Assembly (NCBI GenBank): GCA_951406725.2
Contig: OX597817.1
Location: 69,006,001-69,070,000, forward strand
DNA: 64,000 bases
Reading direction: 5' to 3'
Source of the DNA: Octopus vulgaris
Taxonomy: Eukaryota
Made by a program: the position numbers and the translations under genes. Of this stretch, positions 54,753 to 64,000 are shown in pieces (position 1 is the stretch's first letter; the number at the start of each line of letters is the position of its first letter). The notes beneath the pieces were generated by a model. The model did no database searches and was not told where the DNA came from. It saw nothing but the letters and a program-made list of their open reading frames with translations.

Positions 54753-55360
54753 TTAATTCCCAGTTGATAGTATAATCTTTGTTTCTGTCCTTAAATAAAC
54801 TAGATTAATTTGCTAAGATATGTTCAGAATCTTTTATCTTTATCTCTAAATGAGCTCAAATGATTTGCCAGTCTTCTCTTAAAAATTAATGATGCCCCAC
54901 GATGATAAAGTATTCATTACCCTCAGATGTAACTTTACATTTATATATTACATTTTTAGTTTTACACTTATTTTACACATAACAGGATTCTAGCTCTTTA
55001 TTAATATTATTATCATTACTGTTGATATTATATACCCCAGGAAACCTATATAGTTATGGCAATATATTCAGAAGTATCCAACAGAATATATCTCTAAATT
55101 CTTATCATATAAGAACATTATTGGATTTATGTATTAACTGTTGAATACCTATTTTGAATACTTAACTGAGAGCAAGCCGGTAAACGCTTGGAGTAATCCC
55201 TTACTATTTACAAATATATACATATATCATGTATATTCACACACATGCACATATATACAGTATGTGTATGTGTGTATATATATATATATATTGTTGTGTC
55301 CGAGAAGAGTCATTTTCTTTGTGTGCCTTATAATGTAATGCACTCACCGGTAAACATTTC

Positions 55361-55852
55361 CGCTTATTTCTTATTTTGATTTTCCTAAAATTTCCGTTGC
55401 GTCTTGCAACCTTTCCAATAGTCTTGACTCTGTCCATTATCATCATCATCATCATCATCATCATCGTTTGAAAATAAACAGATCAACATACAGACGGATA
55501 GGTACATAGGTTATATAAACAGACAAGCACACATACACAAATGGAGACTGAAACACAAGACCATACATACACACACACTTTACTCCACACAAGGACACAT
55601 ATGGAGACATGGGTCCACACATATAGAGATGTACATCCATACATACATACATACATACACACATACACACATACATACACACATACATATGTACATGCAT
55701 GCATGTATAGGCACACACCCACACACTGACCCACATGCATGTGCACAAACAAACAAAATGGAACGCAGTGTAAATAATGGACAGAGTCAAGACTATTGAA
55801 AGGGTTGCAAGGCACAACGAAAATTTTAGGAAAATGAAAATATGAAATAAGA
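55361..55852. repeat. inverted pair of about 80-bp PLE-pLTR-like segments (55361-55440 and 55774-55852)
   Basis: ATAATGGACAGAGTCAAGACTATTG...GGTTGCAAG...AAATTTTAGGAAAAT is present on both strands. Confidence 0.8.
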
Positions 55853-56037
55853 AGTGGTTCCAGCAATGACCATCCAGCCTTTCCTTGTATCAAGTACTAT
55901 GTAATCCAGTATAGTCTTAGGTATGATGCAAAATTTACCGGAAGTAATCTAAGGAATATTTGGTTGCTGTTGCTAGCAGATCAAACACCCACATAGTGGC
56001 TCCTTTGCCAAGAAGAAAAGAAAACAAATGAAGAAAG

Positions 56038-56052
56038 GAAGAAGAAGAAGAA

Positions 56053-56083
<31 letters not shown>

Positions 56084-56152
56084 GTGATGGTGATGGTGGT
56101 GGTGATGGTGGTGGTGGTGGTGGTGGTGATGGTGGTGGTGGTGGTGGTGGTG
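56038..56152. repeat. (GAA)n(GAT)n(GGT)n compound microsatellite
   Basis: Direct inspection. Confidence 0.95.
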
Positions 56153-57479
56153 GAAGTTGACAAGGTGACCAAGTTAAGCTATTTAATATTCATATCAGCT
56201 CTTATGGTTCCTTCTCTAATATTAATTGATATATATTGCATTACAGGTTGCTTGGTTATGTGGTTTGTTGTCAATAAAGACATCTCTGGCTTTCAGACAT
56301 CGGGCAGATAATGAAGAAGTTGCTAAACTCTGCAGATACACAGATTGTTATCGTTGTCTCATTGTTATTGTGTCTTTGGTTTACTGTCATTGTTCCAAGC
56401 AAGCTGAATTGACAAAAGTAAAAATAAATATAAAAAAAAGAGTCCCTTTCATTATCGTCAACATCATCATTGGTTTAATACCCATACTTCCATACTTCAT
56501 TGAGGCATAAACTAAGAAGATATAACCACACCCACACACACGCCCACGCATACATACATACATACATATAAACATGCATGTATTTATGCCACACCCCATA
56601 ACTTAGTGGTTTGGCAAAAGAGACAGGTAGAATAAGTAAATAATAAGTCCTGGGGTCGATTTGCTCGACTACAGGTGGTGCTCCAGCATAACTGCAATCA
56701 TATGACTAAAACAAATAAAAGAATAAAAGAATAGAATAGTCAAACTAGGCAGAACGGTGCCTAATTCACCTCGAGGAACTCTGAGATCTGTGGAAGGATG
56801 GGATCAATCTTTCTCAGCCCACTCACCTAATCTACCACTATTTATCTTGATGCCTCTATTTTATCGGCTCAAAAAAATCAACATCTTGGAACATTAATCC
56901 CCATTTTTGTACACCTTTCTTCCTGGTTAATGCAATCAATGACCTTCAAAACTGAAAACTCAATTGTCCACCTTATTTAATCCTTTAATATCCAGATTAT
57001 TCTGATAATTGTAACGCTTATTTATTCACATAAATTTGAATTAACCCTTTAGCATTTAAATTATTGTCATGCATTATGCTTGTTCATTGAAATTGGTTGG
57101 GATTAATCATGCATCATGTTGCTATTACTAGATTTCAATGGTGTAATAATATATTTTTAGAATGACTTTTTATATTAGTTATGAGAGACTGTATTTGGTA
57201 AGTTCAAACATAAAACATGTAGAATATTTGGGCTTGATATTGCCAGTTTAAACACCAAAGGGTTAAGGCAGTGAGCTGGAAGAATCATTAGCATGCTGAG
57301 CGAAACACTTAGCAGCATATCATCCAGCTTTATGTTCTGAGTTAAAATTCTGCCAAGGTTGACTTTGTATTTCATCCTTTCAGGTCTGATAATCTAAGTA
57401 CCAGTAATGTACTGGGGTTGATGATACTGAATTATTCTTCTAAAGTTACTGGCTTTGTGCCAAAATTTGAAATCATGCA

Positions 57480-57990
57480 CTGGTTTGGTCATGTAATGCA
57501 TATGAATGAAGACAGTTGCATCAAGAAGTGCCAATCTTTAATTACAGAAGAAACATATGGAAGGGGTAGACCTAGGAGGACATAGGAAAAAGTGGGGAGA
57601 AAGGATCTACAGACATTGGACTCATGGAGAGAATGACAGGGGACTGAGACTCCTGGAAGTTTGTTGTGCTTGAGAAGACACACAAAGCTAAATACAAGCA
57701 TGGTTGTCCTTGCATACAGGCTTGTCTCCTAGATCCCTCTCCAGCTGAGTATCCCTAATCTTGCAGACTTGGGGCAGCTGATGCCATCTAAAAAGCACTT
57801 GTAATGGTGCCACATAAATGCACCTGTGCTGGTGCTACATAACAGCATCCAGTACACTCTGTAAAGTGGTCAGCATTAGGAAGGGCATCCAGTCATAGAA
57901 ACCATTACAAAGCAGACATAAAGCCTGAGCAGTTCTTCAGATGACCAGCTCCTGTCACACTGACCAACTAATGCCAGCATGGAAAACAGA
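57480..57990 (+). mobile_element. RTE LINE 3' fragment
   Basis: HWFGHVMHMNEDSCIKKC...GRGRPRRT, followed by the family 3' UTR. Confidence 0.75.
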
Positions 57991-57996
57991 CATATA

Positions 57997-58580
57997 CACT
58001 TTTACTCTTTTACTTGTTTCAGTCATTTGACTGCAGCCATGCTGGTGCACCGCCTTTAGTTGAGCAAATCGACCCCAGGACTTATTCTTTGTAAGGCTAG
58101 TACTTATTCTATCTGTCTCTTTTGCCAAACTGCTAAGTTACGGAGATGTAAACACGCCAACATTGGTTGTCAAGTGATGTTGGTGGGACAAACTCAGACA
58201 CAAATATGTATATGTGTATGGCACGTGGAAGGCACCCACTACACTCACGGAGTGGTTGGCGTTGGGAAGGGCATCCAGCCGTAGAAACACTGCCAGATTT
58301 GACTGGGCCTGATGAAGCCTTCTGGCTTCACAGACCCCAGTAGAACCGTCCAACCCATGCTAGCATGGAAAACGGACGCTAAACGATGATGATGATGATG
58401 ATGATATATATATATATGACGGGCTTCTTTCAGTTTCCGTCTACCAGAGCTACTCACAAGGCTTTGGTCAGCCCGAGGCTATAGTAGAAGACACTTGCCC
58501 AAGGTGCCACACAGTGGAACTGAACCCAGAACCATGTGGTTGGTAAGCAAGCTACTTACCACACAAACACTCCTGCACCT
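57997..58580 (-). mobile_element. family A SINE containing an oppositely oriented RTE-tail insertion (about 58218-58405)
   Basis: The two SINE halves flank GGCACGTGGAAGGCACCC...CCATGCTAGCATGGAAAACGGACGCTAAAC(GAT)n. Confidence 0.8.
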
Positions 58581-59669
58581 ATACTTACCACACAGCCAGG
58601 ATGATTATCTTGTAGCTATGAGATTTCAATGATGTGATTGTTTATTCTTTGAATAACATTGTCGGGTAGTTGTAAGAGGCTGGATCTGGCCGGTTTAAAC
58701 ATACAAGAGATGGATTATTTAGAGCTGACACTGCTGGTTTAAATGCTAAAGGGTTAGCATCTCTTATCTCCAACAAATAGGAAAAGCTGGGAAAGAGTGT
58801 GGAAACTGTTCTTCAACCTCCAAACAAATTATACAAATAAGAAATGGAACAAAACAAAAACAAAACCCCCCACAGAATTAATGCCAATAGGATATTGGTG
58901 GAGAACTAATGATATTCAATATTTGGTGAACATGTAGTAAGAGTAGTAGGAGTTTGTAGATAATTATTGTAGCTATTGAAAGTATTATCTTTAAGAGAAC
59001 ATTAGTAGCATCTGTTATCAATGTATACAGTCAGTTAGAAATAGTTTCTTCTTGGCACTATACACAGAATTAATCATCCATTTGACACTGTTGCTGAAGG
59101 TTGAATGGAGAAGTGTGGCACTAAAACAGTTGATCGTTTGATAAATTCAATAATTACTGAGTATTTATTGAACAAATTAGGCCTTAATTTACCTTCAGTT
59201 TTTATTCATATCTCGGGGAAACACATTTATGCTTTATTTATTAGTTTTTATCATTAGATAAATGAGAGGATTATAAAGCTTCAAAATGGTTAATATACCA
59301 TACTGTACGTGCATCTGTTTGTGTGTGTGTGTGTGTGTATGTGTGTGTGTGTGTGTGTGTGAAAGAGTGAGAGAGAGATTGAGAGAGAGAAAGAGATGCG
59401 TGTGAATGTATGTCTGTAGATTCTATGTGTGTAGATTTGTTATGTGTATGTTATGTAGGAGTGTATATGCAAAGAGTATGTATATCTGCATATATGTAAA
59501 TATCATGTGCTTGTATTGTTTTTTTGTGTATGTAAGCATAGTGTATATAGAAAACTATTGTGCGTATGTGAATATACAAAAGTGAAAATAAGTGCATACT
59601 TCATACAGCTTCATGTACACCCGATTTTTACTTTTAAATTTTATATATGCACACATTAAATATGAATAT

Positions 59670-59712
<43 letters not shown>

Positions 59713-60340
59713 TACACACACACACATTTTTATGCTGTATGTGCAAATATGGATGTAATTATAGTTACATGAAACAGTAGGTTTGCCTATTTCAGTACAT
59801 ATTAATGAATACTGATGATATATGGATTTATACATAAATGAAACTGTATTTATAATATTACATGTGGTTGTGAGAGTATGTGTCTATATAATTATGACAA
59901 CAGCAACATATTTTACATATACACACTGATACACACACACACACACGCACATGAATACACACACACACCCACATATTTAATATATATTAATATTTCGTTT
60001 AGACATAGCAATACTAATAACAGGTGTTAGAACTCAATATGTATGTATATACATTTCAGAAAAAAAAAAGTATTAGGTGAGTACAGAGCATAATGAAAAA
60101 TTAAATAAATGAGAAAGGAACAAGAAATTATGAATGAACTTCATTGGCTTACTGTTGTTTCTGCTACAAAATGCTATGCACTCATAGCTGACTGCTTGTG
60201 TATCACCTTATAATGGAGACAGCTGTAAGCTAATAAAATTCATTACATTATTTCTTGTTCATTTGTTATTTATTTAATTTCTTACATATATCTATGTTTA
60301 TATCTAGATAATTTGTGCAAGTGTGCATGCATACACGCAT

Positions 60341-60384
<44 letters not shown>

Positions 60385-62124
60385 CCTTACAAAATATTAG
60401 TCTTAAGTGAACATGTTGCTAGGTGACTATATAAAACATGTGATCAGTATGATGATGATGATGATGATGAGGTAGAGGAGGATCAAATCCCACATTGCTA
60501 TCATGTAAAAAAAAGAGAAGAGGAAAGAAATCTTTGGAATTCTTAAAAAACCCTTATGTCTTCAGATCCCACCTCGCCCTTTTGTAAAAATAGAATTAGA
60601 CACATCGGATAACATATTCCTAAGAATAAAAACAAAATTATAAAATTTAAGAGGCAAAATGGTCATGGCTGGAAGGCATTTGATCATAAGTTTATTCAGT
60701 TAGGGTTGATCTGGGGCTACAACAATAACAACTGTTCACTAAGAGATAGCACATTGATTATGAAATGTCAAAATGAAACACAAACATTTGATGTTTTGAC
60801 TCAATTCATCACAGCTGTGTGATTTGAAAGCATAACACTAAATCGATACAAGAACAGTAGTGGTAGTGGTAAGAGTAGCTCTATATTAGGAAGGAAGAAG
60901 ATATATCTAGTTTTGAGAGGAGGGAAGGGGATACGTTTAGTCTTTGAGAGAAAATTTATGGCAGGATTGAGGGCAGTATCAACAGATCACCTCGGAAAGA
61001 TGTCCGAGATTAAAAGGAAACCACTCTTTCAAAGATTTATTTCGTCTCTCTATCTCTTCAACATCAGTTATGTCTGACCCCCTTAAGTTTATTCCGGTTA
61101 TGTTTAAAACTTGGCCACCTTTAAGCAATAGGTCATATGAAGACTACGAAGAAATTTTGAAAATTATACTAAAGTGAGTCTGGAATCAAAAGGAACTGGA
61201 CATGAAGAGAAACATTATTAGAGTTTCCACTAATGTTTCTTTTGATCTTAAGAAATACATAGAAACAAGAAAGAAGAAAATAGTTTGGCGATGCTAAAGA
61301 GCTAGAGTTAGTAACAACTAGATATTGGTAATGATTCATGATTAGCAATTTACACACTAAAAGCATGGTGCTGCACTTCTTTGTACCACAGGTAACTAAT
61401 TCCACTTTAAAGAACTTTTTTTTTTTCAACTTTCTTAATTTGAAAATTATCAGCAATGACTTTGGCATTTAAATAAAGTATTGAATAGTGAAATAGATTG
61501 GTTGGTTGGTGGATAGTTGGGTGGCTGGGATGTTGAGCAGTTATTTAGTTAGGTATGTTGATAAATAGATGTGAGTTAATAGTGTGTGTATATATGGGTT
61601 AGTGAGGAGTGGCTAAGTTTCAAAGTAAATAACTTGTAAGAAGTAGATAGGTAAATAACTTGTGAGAAATGGGATGGTAGATGACTAAGGAGAAATAGAT
61701 GAGAGAGATAATTAGTAAGAAATAGTAAAAAATAAATGGGTATATAACCAGAAGGAAACTGAAGGAGGATTTTTCTTTCTGTACTTCTTTTATCCTCCTC
61801 TCTCTCTCCTTCCCTCTCTCTTTCTCTCTCTCTCTCTCTTTTACATACACCCTGCTTCTCTTTCTCTGTCTTTTTGTTGCTGAATGTCCATCTCTCCCAC
61901 TCCATCTTTCATTTCCATATTCATTTCACCCTTCATAGACTGATGGATCCAAAAATGGTTTCAACGATGAATATAATGTTATTTAATCATCAGTTGTTCT
62001 GGTTCGTTAAATTAACATGTAGATGGTTGAGTATTCCACAGACATGTGTACCTTCAATGTTACTTGCAGGTCAAATCAGCAAAATACAATGCGTGACAAG
62101 GCAAGTCAATTTGAATTATAAGTA

Positions 62125-62635
62125 CCGTAAATCTTCGAGTATAGTCTGCCCTTGAGTATAATACGCAGGGGATTTTTAGGGGGCTGTACCTCTGAAAAAT
62201 CTAAACCTTGTGTATAATACACACCCCTTCTCTAACGTGAGTCAAGGAGGTCTATATAACGTCCTTGGTTTATAAAAATGTATACGGTAACGTCCCTTAT
62301 TATTATTGTATATATAACATATTGCAAACATGTAGCTTTTTTGTGCATTTTGTTTGCAGAAAATAAAGAAATAACAATAATAACATTTAATAAATGTTGC
62401 TTACTGCAGGTTATGGATGATTCTTTTATGACTTCATTGCTTTCAGGCTTAGCGTAAGGTATTTTCGCACCTGACATCACAAAATGCGTCTGAATAAACA
62501 TTGCTGGACAGCAAAAAGAGACTTGGACATTGCTACAAAATAATTTTCATTTTTAACCTCATATATAGTACGCACTAGGGATTTTGACCATTAAATTTTG
62601 GGGAAAAAATGCGGATTATACTCGAGGATTTATGG
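62125..62635. mobile_element. pogo/Tigger-type (Tc1/mariner) MITE, 511 bp
   Basis: TA|CCGTAAATCTTCGAGTATAGTCTGC...GCGGATTATACTCGAGGATTTATGG|TA, inserted into a family C SINE. Confidence 0.85.
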
Positions 62636-62780
62636 TACAATCCATCCAAAAGGCTCCCGTCATTTCTCTCTACCCAGTTTCATTCACAAGGCTTGGGGCA
62701 ACCCAAAAGTTTGGTTAAAAATGTCATGTCCAAATGCAATGTAATCAAACCCACAACCTCATGATTATTTAGTAAACTTA

Positions 62781-63170
62781 CTCTTTTATTCTTTTACTTG
62801 TTTCAGTCATTTGACTGTGGCCACGCTGGAGCACTGCCTTTAGTCAAGCAAATCAACCTCAGGACTTATTCTTTGTAAGTCTAGTACTTATTCTATTGGT
62901 ATCTTTTGCCAAACCACTAAGTTACGAGGACATAAACACACCAGCATCGGTTGTCAAGCGATGGTAGGAGGACAAGCAAGACACACAAACATACACCACA
63001 CACATACATACAACAGGCTTCTTTCAGTTTCCGTCTACCAAATCCACGCACAAGGTTTTGGTCAGCCTGAGGCTATAGTAGAAGACACTTGCCCAAGGTA
63101 TCACACAGTGGGACTGAACCCAGAACCATGTGGTTGGTTAGCAAGCTCCTTACCACACAACCACGCCTGA
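62781..63170 (-). mobile_element. tRNA-derived SINE (family A)
   Basis: Family match. Confidence 0.85.
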
Positions 63171-63545
63171 GCCTAGAAATAGTATAAACTTCTTAACTAT
63201 TCAGAAAATGGTTTTGTTCAAAGGGGAGAAAACTAACAGGATACAGATGGAGAGGTAGCTTGTAGGAAATAGATGAATAGCTAAGTACTAGGAAATAGAT
63301 GGTTGGTAACTTGTAGGAAATAAAAGTGTGGGCAAATAGTGGGAAAAACATAGGTAGATGGGTAAAAGATGGGTGGGTTACTAGTGGGAAACAGATGGTT
63401 GGGTATGTCATAGAAACTAGATGGGTTGGAAGGTAGGTATTTAATGAGATGAATTGGCAAAAAGAATTACAGGGGTGGATTCAGGAAAACAATAAAATTA
63501 GAGAACTGTTGAGGAAAGATATTTGAAAAAAATAAAATGAAGAGA

Positions 63546-63580
<35 letters not shown>

Positions 63581-64000
63581 AAATGGAACAAAGATAGAAG
63601 GGGCAAAGAAAGAAAATCATTTTCCTTCAATTATAATTATAGACAGATCACAAGCCAGAAAAACAGGGTAAAGAAATCCACCTGATTATTTGAAATCAGT
63701 ATTATTGTGTTAATGCTGAGTAACTTTGGTCACTTCTATTATGGCACAATGTCAGAAGCATGGCACAATGTATCTGTTTGGCCAGTCTATTTATACATGA
63801 TTGATGGTTCCTTATTGTGTTTGCAACACAGGTATCTAAAAAGTGGAGAAGGCTGCTGAATAAAAGATCTAATTCCTTGGTATCATCATGATTTTTCTAG
63901 GCTAGCTTGAGGTACATGAGATGTAGTGAGGCTGTATGCTTTACCCAGATGCTCTTCCTGTCACTAAGTAAGGCATTTTTACTCCACTGATCTTCAGAGA

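Noticed and set aside
61070-61440. Possible LINE ORF2 relic on the minus strand
   Set aside because: Only a faint resemblance; too decayed to call.

Overview
AT-rich, repeat-dominated animal genomic DNA. The SINE, RTE-tail and (TA)n/(CA)n/(GAT)n/(TAGA)n landscape looks like a coleoid cephalopod, most likely Octopus (inference). No intact host gene can be recognised, and almost all six-frame ORFs are microsatellite or transposon read-through. Supported content includes a decayed mariner with both TIRs (3343-4597), several 5'-truncated RTE LINEs with minisatellite 3' UTRs, and a Penelope-like (PLE) RT/GIY-YIG remnant (14533-15770). There are also several tRNA-type SINE families, TTAA piggyBac-type MITEs, a pogo-type MITE, Helitron/Helentron-type non-autonomous elements and an unclassified long-TIR element. 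The most striking unannotated layer is a scatter of type I hammerhead-ribozyme-like motifs. One is nearly canonical (39653-39702). Others sit inside palindromes and inverted repeats, notably a 132-bp loopless palindrome within the spacer of a recent 340-bp inverted duplication. The window also holds several local templated duplications and a speculative three-exon cysteine-rich small protein (41445-42602, minus strand).
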